The notes beneath the pieces were generated by a model. That model worked only from the letters and a program-made list of their open reading frames with translations. It did not search any database and was not told the origin of the DNA. A DNA stretch of 64,000 bases, taken from Vicugna vicugna. Lineage: Eukaryota. The stretch spans positions 1,804,941 through 1,868,940 of the forward strand of contig MU058844.1 in assembly GCA_013265495.1 (NCBI GenBank), written 5' to 3'. Position 1 is the first letter of the stretch. Each line of letters starts with the position of its first letter. Positions 36,933 through 50,829 of this stretch are shown here, piece after piece. The translations under genes were made by a program, and so were the position numbers.

Positions 36933-38414
36933 TGTGCACAATTATACATTTTATTTTGATCATGAGTTTCATTTTCCTAGACAAGGACTTCAATACAATA
37001 TTTGAAGGTGCTTAATCACTTGGCCTCCAGCTCATAAAAGAGTTTTGCCATTATCTGGAGCATCCTTGATATTTTTAGAAAGGTAAGTCAAGGAAAGCAT
37101 GTCTCATAAATTTATTTCATTTCACTGACATCACCACTTTCTTGATCCCTCTTTCATCTTCTCCATTTTTTTTCCATTTTTTTCCCTCAAGTCTAGGATC
37201 ATAAATATTTTTTAGTTGTAAACAGCCCATTATTTAAATAGCTTTCATCTAAAAGAATTCTGGAAATTTACTTTAGGTGAAATTTCAAGGAGAGAATTGT
37301 GATTAATCATTTGTGAGAATGCCATTCTAAGTTCTCATACATGCTGTGCAAGCCAAGTCAAATAAAGATAGGCTTTGATAGAGGGCACTTACTTTTCCAA
37401 ATGTGATTATCAGACTTTTCCAGGGGGCTTACTGATAGGTCTGATCCAATCTTACTGATAACTACATGAGGATAAAACAAAACTCTCCCAGGAATTAAAG
37501 TCAAAGGCTGTATGTCTGAATTCCTCTATTTGCTAATCCAAAATATGTCATTTTTTTTTCTTTTTCAAATGTTTTAAAAAATAGCAGAGGCATTGAAATA
37601 GCTATAGAACTTCACTGTCCAAGGCTACTTGCTATGACGCTGACTTCTAACCATGAACATGTGTGACTTCTCCTCTCTCTAAATCATCCTAGAAGCTTCT
37701 CATTTCACCTATACTTAGATGCCACTCTTTGTCATTTATTTTTGGAAATAATTCACTTTGAACACAAGGAATAAACTTTTTTTTCCTCACTAATGAAAAG
37801 TGTTTCTGTGCTATAGCAATGTCTTAACCAATTTTCCTCACCTGCAGTTTGCCTTTGCGTAATGATCTCATGAAAAATAAACTGCCAGCTTGATTGTAGC
37901 AAGCTTCAGTTATTAAGAAAAAACACACCTCATATCTTTTAGGTAGGACTGATAATCTTTTATCTACATTGTCTGTAATGTTAATCCAAATTTGTTCAAA
38001 TATTGGATGATTAACAATAATGAACAAGAAGTTTTGCCAACTGAGAATCAACTTGCCCAAACTATTTATTCACCCATTACTTAAAACTCGTCATGTTTAA
38101 GGATTTAAAAATAAGGAATCAAGTTTTTTTTTTTTTGACTAGTTTGAAAAATCTCCACGTATGCTCTAGTTCTGAGAGAAAGACACAGGTTAAGAGAACA
38201 ATAAGGTACACCATCGACTCTTATCAGCTGAAGATCTGATGTGGAGACTGTTTACAAGTGAGGTCCACAGGCTTTGAATTAACACACTCATGCAAGAAAA
38301 GAAAAAGTCCATTTGAATCCCCAGATACTTGGGCTCTCTATGCCAATTTTAAAATAGATGATCATCAGAAGAAAACATCTGGATAACTGAGTAAATGTTT
38401 TCTACTGCTAGTGG

Positions 38415-38945
38415 CCAAATCTCTCCCTGAAAGCCAGAACACTATATTCAATGGCATGCAGGACATCTAAACTTGGATGTCCTCAGATGCAAAAGTAAAT
38501 TAGTCACTGTATCTTGGACACCCATTCCTCCTCTATTGTTCCTATATTCCCTATCTCATGAAATGATGTCAGTATTTACATAGTTGGTCAAGCCCGAAAT
38601 TTGATTCTTTCTATCTCTGTTATGTCACCACATCCAATAGCTTCTCTTCTTTGCTTGGCCCTTACTCATCCTTTAGTGCTCATGTGGGTTTTCACTTTCC
38701 CTGGTACCCATGTTGGAGTCATATGCCTTTTCTTTGAACTTTAATGGCAACATATAGTTCCCCTATCGCAACACTTTTAACACTGTTCAGTCATTTCCTA
38801 TTCATTCCTCTATTTTCCTAAATAAATTGAAAATTCCCAGATGAATCACATCTTTCTTGTAGAAATCTGATGCATTTCCACATCTAACACAGTGACGGGA
38901 ACATAATAAATATTTAATACATACTTGTTAAATGAATAAGCCAAA
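38415..38945 (+). mobile_element. LINE-2 fragments (ORF2 end to 3' tail)
   Basis: 'ccaaatctctccctgaaagccaga...ggacatctaaacttggatgtcc...ttccctatctcatgaaatg...catctaacacagtg...cttgttaaatgaata'. Confidence 0.7.
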
Positions 38946-39454
38946 AATGAATAAATATTAAGATTTCAGATAAATAGCTAGATTTCTAAGGAAAAAACTC
39001 AATCTAAAAATGTGAAGGCATAAGAAAAGCAAAATGGTAAATTTTTAAAAACAAAAATATTTACTAAAAATTAAAAATGGATGAGAGGCAATAAAGATAT
39101 TGATTTGATTTGTTTCTGATATCTCCCCAGTATTTCACATCAGCCTGTATCAATCCAGGACAAATAATCATTGGACGTTTCACATCTTTTGTTCAGACCA
39201 CTGTAAACCCATCGAATAATTTCCTGGCCTTTCCATTGTTAACAGCAAATATAGCTCTTTTGCTGGGTGCTTAGGAGGAGAGAGAATACTCGATTAACAG
39301 GTCTACCCTCTGGATTGCTTTGTAGAACCAGCAGGGATTTGCCACTATGCATCCCTACTTTCATCTAAGAGCCCAGAAGTGGGCTCTGCTGTACCAGGCT
39401 TGATGTCTGATACCACTTGACCCCATTCTTGAGGGCAAATTATTGTCTTAGACC

Positions 39455-39650
39455 TAATAATAGCTGACATGCATTAAGCATTACTATATGCCAAGAATAA
39501 TCTCATTTATTCTTCATAATACCCTGAGAAACAAATATTGTTATTATAGAGACGAAGAAGCTGAAGCTCAGAGAAATAACTTCTTCAATATCAAGTAGCT
39601 GTTTGAATTCAGACTATCATGTCTAATGATGATGTAGTCAACCAGTGGGT
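39455..39650 (-). mobile_element. MIR SINE
   Basis: 'taataatagctgacatgcattaagcattactatatgcca...atctcatttattcttcataataccctgag...gaagctgaagctcagaga'. Confidence 0.75.
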
Positions 39651-40164
39651 ACAATACCTCTAAAAAGCTTGCATTACAATGAAAATATGAATTTTCTGCA
39701 AGAAGCACATCATTATGAAGAATTTCACAGAGTAATGATAGCATAAACTGGGCTACAAATTGTAATAACTTAATGAAAATTATTGATTTACCTGGAGTAA
39801 AGGGTAAAGGAGAGTCATCCTGCCCATGTTTAGATGTATGTATAGAGTAGATTTTGGTTTAAAATGTATTATTTTAAGGAAATTAATCAAATATAATTCA
39901 TGAATTTGTGAGCTGTGCAATAAATCACCCCCAAAGTTTTGGTGGCTTAGAAGCGTGATGACTTACGATTTCTCACAATTCTATGGGTTACCAGGGTGGT
40001 TCTTCTACACATTGCCTGCACTTATATGTGTGACATCGCCTTAAATCTTTCAGACATTTTAACAAGGGATCTTAGAGATAAACCCTCGATTTGCTCTTTG
40101 ACTCTGAAATTATCAAGGTGACTCCATTTCTGAATGAAAACACCCCACTTCAAAGAGTCTGAAT

Positions 40165-40790
40165 TAGGCAGGGTTTGGTCAAGGAAGCAGGATCATTTTG
40201 TATGTGAAGAATTAATTATTATAAAAATTAGATCTTACATAATTTCTAAAGGAGCTGGGGCAAGTAAAGGTCTCGAACAGTGAGTCAGAGGATCACTGAA
40301 AGAGTCTTGAACTAATTCTCCCAAAGCACTGGTACAAGGGGACAGTTTGGAGGTTACAAAGAGGATCTGAAAAGCCCAGGCAACTCCAGCCACAGAATTA
40401 AGACTATGAAAGGGATACCTGTGGAGATGCCTATTAGAAGCTATTGCCTCTGTGTAACTACCTCTGGTGGTCCTCAGTTAAGCACGTGCTGGTGGTCCTG
40501 GGGACACTGTTGATCAGAATGCCTAGCAGTCAGGATAAAGAGCTGGATCTAGAGGGACATAAGTCAAGATCAAATGGAAACCACCAGACACATCTACTGG
40601 TAACTGTCAGTTAATCCAATCATGAAGACCTTCCAAGAGTAAAGGCAACTGATTACTTCCCACCACAGGGTTCTCTTTCTCTCTGTCTCTATCTCTCTTT
40701 GCCAAGTAAATCCCAGTATCATGTGGAGAAAAGAATTCTGAAAGCATATTCCTCAGCTTGACCAGCTTGACAATAGAATGATCCAGTGGA
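40165..40790 (-). mobile_element. Ancient LTR (LTR78/LTR79-like), antisense
   Basis: Right end 'agaattctgaaagcatattcctcagcttgaccagcttgacaatagaatgatccag' and left end 'cagggtttggtcaaggaagcag' resemble recalled consensus termini. Confidence 0.5.
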
Positions 40791-41504
40791 GAAAAGAAAT
40801 GTATCTGCTTCTATTTCTGAAAGAATGTGACTTTTCTATACTCTCACACAGATCCAGGATTTAAACTGTGCTAAGATGCACAGACAAGGCCAAGGTCACA
40901 GCCATGTGTCTAAGTACAAACAGATGACCACAGTAGAACTCTGGGACTCTGGAACTTTCAGGATGTCAGAATTCCTGTATATGAACTCATGACTAACAAG
41001 GCTGGGATTTGCCCTGAAAAATCCACATACTGAGACTCAAGTGGTTAGAGTATTTTCTCTTATGTGGTGGCCTATTCCCTCTAAATTTCAATGTGCCTTA
41101 TGTCTCATAAATTTTAGAATACCACCCCCCCATAGAGAAAATAGCTCTCTAAAATGCAGAATTCAATCAGAGCTACTTTCCGTAGTTTTCTTTTGGTTGT
41201 TCCCTCTGTGAAACTAATACAGTATCTTGTATGTTATAAATGTTTATGAATTCTGAAAAGTTAGGAGGGGAGAAAACATAAAATATACAAGCCTTTACCC
41301 AAAAAGTTACAATCCAATAGGTTAATCTTTTATTAGGTTCAAGAAATGAACAGGTAGTCAAAGGTGGGAGGAAAAGTCAAATGCATCGTGGACCAGCTAC
41401 ACAAGAATAAGATAATCTAGAAAGAAACCCTCAGAAAGATGCATGAAGCTGACACCCATTTTCAGTAAGTAAAAGTCAGATGATTCACAAGAAATTCATA
41501 GAAA

Positions 41505-41712
41505 GGCCTCAAGACTCTGCTTGCTAATTATTAGCTATGTGATCTTGGGTAGGCAAACAAACTCTTCTAAACTACTCTAAGCCTCAGTTTCTTCAATGGT
41601 AAGATACAAGGAAGAATAGTAGCTGCTTCATGAGATTTCTGTATTATGATAATACATGATAAGCACTTAGTGCAGCATAAAGCACTCAATGAATGTTAAT
41701 TGCTATTATAAG
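41505..41712 (+). mobile_element. MIR SINE
   Basis: 'tagctatgtgatcttgggtagg...gcctcagtttcttcaatggtaa...gcactcaatgaatgttaattgctatta'. Confidence 0.8.
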
Positions 41713-44700
41713 AAGTTGTGTCTTATAACATTAGTCTTTTTTTAATGTCTTAAAATGTTGTCTAAGTGTCATATTCCAAATATAGTTCAATCATGCTCTA
41801 TGCTGAGGAACTATATTCTCTGATTTGATGCTGCAATCCTGTAGAATGGACTTTTACATAAATGGCTAGAGGAGCATAATGGATAGTGCTACATATGGTA
41901 ATTATTCCCTGACGTATATACATACACATGTTCCATGTCAATTCTTTGTCTCAACTTTCCCCTTATTAGCAACCTATTTATTTAAAATCTGATTGTGACC
42001 ACAACTGAAAAAGATTTGATGGAACTACTTAATGTCAACAACTATACATATTAAAAAGAACTTGGCTCACATTTCTAATTTGTCCTTACTTTGCTTTAGG
42101 AATGATCTAGAATTTACCTCCTTTTTTATGATTGACCACATGCAAGGATCACAGCAATTGAGTTTTACCTTTTATAATCCTCATACCAGATGTATCCTTT
42201 ATATTGGCAAACAAGCAATGGCTATTTAACTTAAGCTGAGTTTATAAAGACCTTTGAATTGCTCTAAATTATGTAAAAATTATCCCAGGAAGGAGACTGT
42301 GAACACAGACAGCTACAGTGGTCCCAGTATATGTTATTTGGAGTTTATTTTCCCCAACCTTTATCTCATCAGCCCTTACACTTGCACTGAACTTGGGTTC
42401 AGTTATAAATAGTTTCTCTGATATTTTCCTTTCCTGCATATTCTTGGATTTTCTCCTCTTCATCCTTCTCCCTCTTTTCACTTTTTCTTTACTTGTCTAA
42501 GGAAGTTAACTAGAAATCAACCAGTCTTCTTTTATCTGATCTTTCCCTAAACAACAAATACTTAGTATATTCCCAGTATCAGTTAAGGTTATAGTGTCTT
42601 TCAAGATTTACTTAAAATTGTCACAATCCCTCTTCTCAGATGATGAGTCTGAGGTTCTCAACAAGATTTCGATGGCTGACCTTCTCATGGTTACTTCTGG
42701 TGTTGAATTCCTCTTCCCACTGAACTGTTAGTCTCGTGAGTGTCTCACACCCTATGTTTGTTCATGACTCTGCCTTATGCTAACCTAAAGGTAGAATGTC
42801 CATTTCTAATTGCTCCAAAATGCCACCCATACAAGGCATTTGCAGCTTCAGCAGATTTTATTAAGAATTGGAGCAAAAGAAGAGGGTTGCATAGCAGCAC
42901 AAATTCCCAAACTGTTTAACACTGAATATTAAATAGCCTTTTTCTTTAGTCTTCTGGCTTCCAGCTACCTACTAGGAATTTCTCAGTAATAACAGAGTCC
43001 CAATATCTCTAGCTTCCTACCATGTTACATTGTGTTCTTGCTCGCTCGCGCTCTCTCTCTCTCTCTCCTTCAGGGAGATAAGGTCTGCTTTTCTGCCCTC
43101 CCCTACTTCTTGTTCACTTCTAAATTTCTATTAAATTTTTAGACAGAGAAATTTACCTTTTTTCTTTCTGGGATCCTTTCAGAACATGCCCTTAGGGCCC
43201 ACACATCTAAAGCCAATTACCATGGTGTTTTCCTAAACAAAGATAGTTTTCTCCCTAAGGGGAACTCTGAGCCAGCTGTTAACATTGCAATCTTATTTAT
43301 CCTGTCGCCTTTACTTAAAGAGTAAATCAATGAAGGTGTTTGGGGAATTTACTTCTCCAGGGAAAGGCAGATGTGACACAATAGAAATATTACTGTAACA
43401 CAGTTTTTCTTAAAGGTTTTGATTACATTGATGTATGTAATTCAGTCGTCCCAGTGCACAGCACCCTGTTAGAGAAGACTATATTGACTGAAGTGGTAAC
43501 ACACCTTTATTTCTACTCATCGTATATTTGTGCTGTATTCACAAACACTGCTCCCTCCAAACCTGGATCACTGTCCAAGCTTTCACAGATTTTTTTATTA
43601 GGATAGGTTCTCTACTTATTATCCTAAATGTATTCATTTGTGTCTACAAACAAGTTAGGTGATTCCCCAAATAATGGACTAACGAATTACGGTGATGATG
43701 CGAGGGCCCACTCATGTCCCTGGCCCATTGTAGGCGTCTTGATTAATTGTAAATGCGCCTGATTTTAGTGGTCAAGAACTCTGATTTATCTTTATCAATT
43801 TGTTGTACTTCTGCATGTCAACAGCACTGTTGTCCCCAAAGTTGAAATCCAAAGTGTTTGGAAACATTTTGACCACAGTGTGAGTAAACGCATCTTGGTG
43901 GAGAACCACTGTGGGCAAAGCATTATGCATGGAGCTATGAAAGATGCCACAGACTGAGTAAATCACACAGTTCTTGTCCTTGGAGAGACTTGGATGCTAG
44001 GAAAATCAAGAACAAAATTAAAGATTTATGGGAGCATATGCTTACTTGTATATACACACATATTTGAGCCTCCTATGTACAGCCATATATCCATGCATTT
44101 TTGTAAATATATATATGACAGTTAATCAGACTTCTGACTCTCCAGCCTCATCTCTTGCCACATCCAGGCAGTAACACTGAACTGCTTCCTGCTCTATTTC
44201 CTGCCTTGGTGATTCACATACTATTAACTAACTCCAAAGCCGTTTATGATGAGTCATTCTTCTCGGAGTAACTCTCTCCTATCCTTTAATACTCTTCCTT
44301 GAACTCAAATCCTCCAAGAAGCCTAGCTGAGAAAATACACTGACACACAGTCACACTGGTCCTTGAGTTTTATTTTGTTCCTCTCTTCAGAGTAAGCTAG
44401 TTGAAACCAGAGATGTCGAGTTAGATTTTTAAAATGATCCCCAGTTTACTAATCTGGTTGGTGAAGACCTGCACATTTTCCTCCTCACAGCCACCTTTGT
44501 TAGTTCTGCTGGTATGTGTCTGTGTAAGTGTCTCTTCTACAGTTCTTTCCCAGAGCCTCTCTTGGTGATCGCAGCTCCCTTCCCTTTGGACATTCTTCCC
44601 TGAAATTACTAAACTGGCTGAAGAAGGAAACAGAGAGGCAGGGTTACATACTTTTGTGAAAGCCAACTGATCCATGGTAGAATGCAAGACTGAAATAATG

Positions 44701-46539
44701 TGTTTTTCATATTTTCCATGACATGTCAATTACTGGAGGAGTTTCAGAAGCTTTTTTTTTTTCTTTCCTCCCTGCCCCTTCCTGCCATGTAGCAAAAGGA
44801 GAATTACCTTGTGTGGACTCCTAGTATCTTCCTCTAATTTGGCTATTACTGGAAGTCTGAGATGAGCAATATGTCCTGGTTTCTTCCCAATGCATGGTGC
44901 TCCTTATTTTTGCTTCATTTTAGGTTTTTAAAATCTAGTCTTGAAAACCCTCTTTTGATATAACAGTTGCTTCCAATAGGAATCATACCAGAAACTAACA
45001 CAAACAAACCATACTTTGAGGATGTAAATACAGGCAAACACACAGAGAGCTTACTCTCATCTGTTCTTGATCGGCATCAATTTTGATATTTATGCAAAAT
45101 TATGTGCATGTAAGTACTATATAAACAAATGCTGAGAGACTTCCTGAATTATTAAAGTACACTTCCCTCAATTTCTCCTGTACACACATGAAGAGCCACC
45201 CACACCAAATAGAGCTCAAGTAACAAAGTTGGTATTGTGTGTGTCTGCCTTATTCAAATATTATCTGCAGCCCAGTTTCTCAAATTACTCTGCTTTCTAC
45301 AGAACTAATTTTAAAATGAATCTCCCACTGACTTCAAGGGGCTTTCATCTCTTTAGGATGGTGATGAAGGCTAAAAATGTGTGCTTGGTACCCCAGAACA
45401 CCCGAAGAATGAAGTCTGTGTCAATAAAGCTCAAGAGTTCTGAAACAGACCCAGTTCCTCTCCGGGTGCTGACCATTAATCCCTGTGAAATCTCTCAAAG
45501 AATTTTAAGTGATAAGCTAAGAGAAAATAGGCCCTAGAAAAACCACCCTTCTTTGGATTGACTTCACATCAGAATTCCATAGTTGTATCAGAAACGAGAT
45601 TGCTCAGTATACAGTTCCTTTTGTGCTGTGAATACAAAATGCTTTTTTCTTATTAAAAAAGAAAAAAACTCAAATAGATTTTGTACAAAAATGCAATTCA
45701 AATGCAGCATTATTAGAAGCAACACAGGAAGCTGCTCCAAACTCAGCATCTTAGCATCCTGGTATGTAATAAACTCTAAATAACTTCCAGGAAATTAGGT
45801 TCCTATAAATTGCTGAATAAGATGAAGAAAAAATCCTGAGGAGAAAACACACAAACATACACATACACACAAGAAGGAAATTAATTGTGTCATAATTACT
45901 GCACAGCTGCACCAGAAATTTGAAGGTACCCTGCTTTCTTCTTTGTTGATCAGGTATAATCTGATTATGCTCCTTGCTTGAAGTATCTCTGGTCCTTCTA
46001 TCTCCAAAAATAAATTCTCATTGAAGTATGACATTTCCACATCTACTGGCTAATCACTTCAAGAATGAGATTTGCCTTGTATAGTTTTAACCTAATCTTT
46101 TTACTCATGTAGATAAGATCACAGTCTGGGGTATTGACAGAATAAATTTCTGCAGGAGAGTATCAATTAGGATTCTTTGCTGTGCCACAGTCTTTCCTCT
46201 ACTGTATTAATGTTCTGACAAGGCATCAATAGAAAAGGCTTTATTCATTTTCTTAATATCTTTCTTAATGTTCCTCCATTCCTGCTTCATGGGCTCTTTC
46301 TCCAATTTGTTCCTCCATTCACCACTTTTATTCCTCTTCGGAAATTTGTTGTCATTTTTCCTCCTTTCTGCCATTGACACAAATTTTTCTTCACATCATT
46401 CCTCATACCTCTTAGAAAGTTAATTCCAAGACAGTCAGTTGGGTCAGATTTCAACCTGAAGTCTTAGTTTACCTTGCCTCCTCTCTTTCCAATCTGGATA
46501 TTACTAATTAATACTGCTTTTAAATTATTTGAAGTATTT

Positions 46540-46715
46540 TCACAGTGATAATCTTTAAAAATCTTTAAAGACTTGTTATTAATTATCATCATTTTATAGA
46601 TGAAAAATAAGACTAAGAGATATTCCCAAAGAGACACAAATAATTAAGAGTAAAGGAGAGATTTGAACCCTTACATATTTTGGCTCGAAGGTTTATTGGT
46701 ATCCACTGCATCACC
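46540..46715 (-). mobile_element. MIR SINE fragment
   Basis: 'tattaattatcatcattttatagatgaaaaataagactaagaga...gatttgaaccc'. Confidence 0.65.
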
Positions 46716-47734
46716 ACTCCCCATTCAACCAAAAGCATCTTAAACCACTACCTCTGCAGAAATATTAATGAGCATAATAATTCTAGACAATAGAAAAATT
46801 CCATCATAGCAGTAAGGAGATATTAACAGATAGTAGAGGATTCAGAAATTTGTGGTTAAATGTCATTGTTTATCAGATCATATAAGGAATTAGAATTTAA
46901 TCATGACAGACTGAAATCCTATTCATAGTTATTGTTTATTAAAATCAATTAGATACTCTGTCCTTCTTGCCAAAAGCAGATAATTCAGATGATACAACAC
47001 TTCTTTTAGGGTGACTTGTTGTATCAGCAGGAAGTCTTATAACATTAGATTTTAAACATAGACTCTTTCCTGAGATAGCTGTGGAGTGAATTGCTTTCCA
47101 AAGGGTTTTACATAATTTTGATTTGCCTTTTTATTGCTATTAATGGACCATCTGCACCTATGGTTTTCTATGAAATTTTAAAAGATCATACTGAGCAAGT
47201 CTTACAATTTAAAATGCTGAAACATGTAATTAAATAAGCTATGTCAAGTAGAATGAAAATTATATTGGTAAGTTCTAAAAATCAGTAAAAACAAAGAATG
47301 CCATATCTAGAGTAAATGTTCAAAAATTTGAGCTGGCAAAAACTAATTTGGGCCTGCTACCTAATTGTTAGCATGCCTTTTTCTGATTTACGCTCAATTC
47401 GTGAAGCATGAAGAAATAAAAAGAATGAAAATCTTTAATTCCAAGTCAATTAATTTTCCTTCTAATTGGATAAAAGATAGAAATCAGGAATAATTCAAAT
47501 TACATGAACTAATCTAAATTATCAACTGATTGTCAGTTTACTGCAGAGATTTGATGACATTTTAGAGAGAATTTTATGGTACAGTTTAAATCTTGAGTGG
47601 GGAGTGGTGATTCTTCTCATTATATGATAATTCTAGTTCACACACTTTTCTTTTAATTTTAGCATTTTTCCCTGTATTTAGGAACAGTTTTAAATGTTTA
47701 TTCATTCACTCACATATAACATTCATTTACATTC

Positions 47735-49925
47735 CATCAGGCAAATTTAATCACATGGCTACCCTAGTTGCTGGCACTGATAGGAAACATAATCTCTTCT
47801 CGGGTATCCCTCTTCCTACTCTTGTGCCTTAAACATGCATGAACTGCTAAAGGAGATAAAAGCACAACAGATATTGGGAGATTGTGGACAGAAGTCTGCC
47901 CCTTTGCATATCATTTTTCTGGACACACAGAACATATTCATCATCTCAGTGGAGTCACCCATGGCTTATGCATTTTCTACATCCAATTTGAAGTCCACAA
48001 GCTCGTACTAATGTGCCATCCTTTTCTTGTAATCTCTCATCTGTAACTAAGAGACAAATTCTCTTCCTCACCCAGTCCCATCATCTAATACACAAAAATG
48101 AAGTAAAAAATATTCTATTCATGGAGATAAAAATAGAAAACCTAGAGCTTTTAGTGGTCCATAACTGTTAGATCCTGATGTGAGGGACTCTGCAATAGCT
48201 CATTTCTTGCTTAGCTGTCCTTGCTTTTGCTCCTTGGCCATTACTCTCTTGGCCATTTTCTTTCATAACATCTGGATCCCCCTGGAAATCTTCCCTTAAA
48301 TACTATATACATTGTGGCTAAAGCCAAAGTAAGTTTTGGAGGGTCTGCTTTCTTTGGAGGCTATATAATTTTCACACATTTGGGAACCTAAGGTCTTGCT
48401 TGTTAGCCAGGCTTGTGGCTTTTTTTAAGAGCCATGCTAATTCCATCAAAAATGTAGTGAAGCTTCTATTTGCTTTCTAACAAAAATTATTCCACATAAA
48501 AATTATACTCCTAAATAGTTCTTAGACCTGGAGATTCCTCACTTTTATTTGCTGGTTTCTGTTCTAAGGACTCTCTCCGAGACTATAGGTTTTGGTGAGA
48601 AGTTACTGTGATTTTATCTGATCTTTGTAACTGGGTAGAGCTCCCATTGTCTGTCTGTGAAATACAAATAGGAGGCTTTTGAGAAAGATTCTGAGTAGGT
48701 CTTAGACTGCTCAGGCTACCATAACAAAAATATTATAGATCTTTTTAGGTGGCTTAAACAACAAACATCTATTTCTCACAGTTCTGGAAGGAGGGAAGTC
48801 CAAGGTCAAGGCACCAGCAGATTTGATGTCTGGTGAGAGCTTCTTGGTACATACACAGCCTACCTCTCACTGAGTCATCACATGACAGAAGGAGCAAGGG
48901 AGCTCTCTGGGGCAGGGGGAAATGGGAGGGGTCTCTTTTTTCACCGTAGGGCTCTACTCTTATGATCTAATCTTTCCCCGTTCACTCTTAATGCCATCAC
49001 ATTGAAGATTACGTTTCAACATATGAATTTAGGAGAGACACAAACATTCAGTCTATAGCAAAGTCTTATTTTCTGCTAACTGGGACATACAAGCAGGGGA
49101 TTTCCCTTTTCCGAGAGGTTCTAATATGAGGTCAAGGAAGTGTTTAGACTTCTCACAGAGACTCTCTTAGCCAGATCTATTCCTTTTTATCTCTACTCTA
49201 ACACTGGCAATCCTTACTCTAGCTTTTCTCTCTTGTATTTGGCTGTAAGTATGAAAAGGCAGCTGAGAGACAAATACTTAGCCTTTTCCCAATCTCCCAC
49301 ATTGGAAACAAATTTGTAGGTGTAAGCGTCTTTCCTTTACAATTTATAGTTTTACTAAATACACTGCCATGTCATAATAAAGGTCATTAGCTTTCCCACC
49401 TAAAATATTTATGTAGCTGTAGTCTACAACTCAACAGCTAAAACAATGCCATATATTTTTTTTTTTACAGCAGCACACTTCTTATGCCATCAAGTTCTTT
49501 ATTAGCTAAGGCATAGGCTGAAGATTTATTACAAAGAAACCTTAAAATACAAGGTCTTGAGTTAGACAGAAGAGCATTTCTCTCCTGTGATAAATGTGTG
49601 GTTCCCAAGAACTCTATTCAGTAGGCTATATCATCGTCAACATGTGGCTTCTATCTTTGGGTCTAAGATATGCTCTGCTGCTGTTCCTGGCCAAGAATAA
49701 GAGAAACAAGAATATATTGGGACAGTAGCTTTCTTCCAGGAAATAATCTAGAAGTTGAACATATTTTTGCAGTTTCCCACTGGTCCAGACATAGTCACTG
49801 ACTACAAGCGAGAATAGGAAATACAATCTCTAGCTAAATGGCCATGTGACCTGGTCACCAAATTAAATTTAGAAAAACTAAGAAAAAAGGAGAATAGACA
49901 CTAGGAAACACAGCTTCTCTTCCAC
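47735..49925 (-). mobile_element. Decayed MaLR provirus remnant (MLT1J-like LTRs plus internal sequence), antisense
   Basis: LTR-like ends at about 47735-47900 ('aatcacatggctaccctagttgc') and about 49498-49925 ('cccactggtccagacatagtcactgactacaagcgag...ggaaatacaatctctagct'); internal sequence ends 'cagcagcacacttcttatgccatcaagttc', like the MaLR internal/LTR junction. Confidence 0.55.
48698..49060 (-). mobile_element. Solo MaLR LTR (MLT1A-like), antisense, nested in the older MaLR internal region
   Basis: 'gtcttagactgctcaggctaccataacaaaa...tatttctcacagttctgga...aagtccaaggtcaaggcaccagcagattt...tttcaacatatgaattt...acacaaacattcagtctatagca'. Confidence 0.88.
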
Positions 49926-50611
49926 CATTTTTTTAAGAGAAAAGAAACGTAATGAAGATTTTCTTAAGACCTAAATATATGGGCTAATAACATGCCAATA
50001 TCCTAACCAAATCTAGTAAGCATATTAATAATCTCCATTAATATAACTCATTTCTAATGTGGAAAAAACTTTGTCTTATTAATGATGAAGGACTTCATAT
50101 TCCTATCCATTTTAAAAATGAATACTAAGATTGATTCTTCATCAACACTTTTTTTTAGTTTTATAGCTTGAATTTTTATTGGTCTACAGATACAAAGTAT
50201 TCGCCAATATTAAGAGCTTAGGCTTTTTTTATCTGTCCAATTATTTCCAGACACAGGAATTTCCAAACACATAAATAATTTTTAAAACATGTATATTATT
50301 TGATTACTAGAGAAACGACTTATTGAACAACTACTAAAGTAGCTAATGATTCCTATTCTCATTAATCCTCCTTTCTAAACTTAATCCAATCATGGTATGT
50401 ATTACTTCACTTAGAATGCTTCTTGTCAATTCATTTTCATTTCTAGGTTTAGTCAAAAGCTCTTAGTCATTTGAGCTCAAAATTCTATCTCTATGCATCA
50501 CATTTCCTGAGGACTGTTTCTCTATCATGAACAAACTTAATTAGCCTAGTAAATAAATGATACTTGTAGACTAATTCTTTCACTTATTCTCTTAGGTTTT
50601 TGTATGACTCT

Positions 50612-50829
50612 TAACCACACTTCTAAAGCTGCATTCTGCAGAGCCCTGGGATTCTGCAAAAATGCCAATGCCAGAAAGAGACAAGGAATTAGATTTTCCT
50701 GGACTCTGGGCTCTCCCAATTTACTTCAGAGATAAAAGCTCGATACTTACCTTTGTTATTTACTGGAGCTCTGCTTAAGATTTTCTTTGAGAAAAAGTTC
50801 TACCGCTTTAAATGAATTTAAAAATCAGA
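50612..50829 (-). mobile_element. hAT-Charlie MITE (MER112-like)
   Basis: 'gcagagccctgggattctgc...gctctgcttaagattttctttgagaaaaagttctaccgct...tttaaaaatca'. Confidence 0.55.

Noticed and set aside
37824..38060. Minus-strand ORF ending near a CAG|gtgagg donor-like site
   Set aside because: No convincing acceptor and no recognisable protein; isolated donor-like sites are common.
45229..45537. 102-aa ORF with an internal acceptor-like site near 45357
   Set aside because: Non-ATG start, no matching donor, no recognisable homology.
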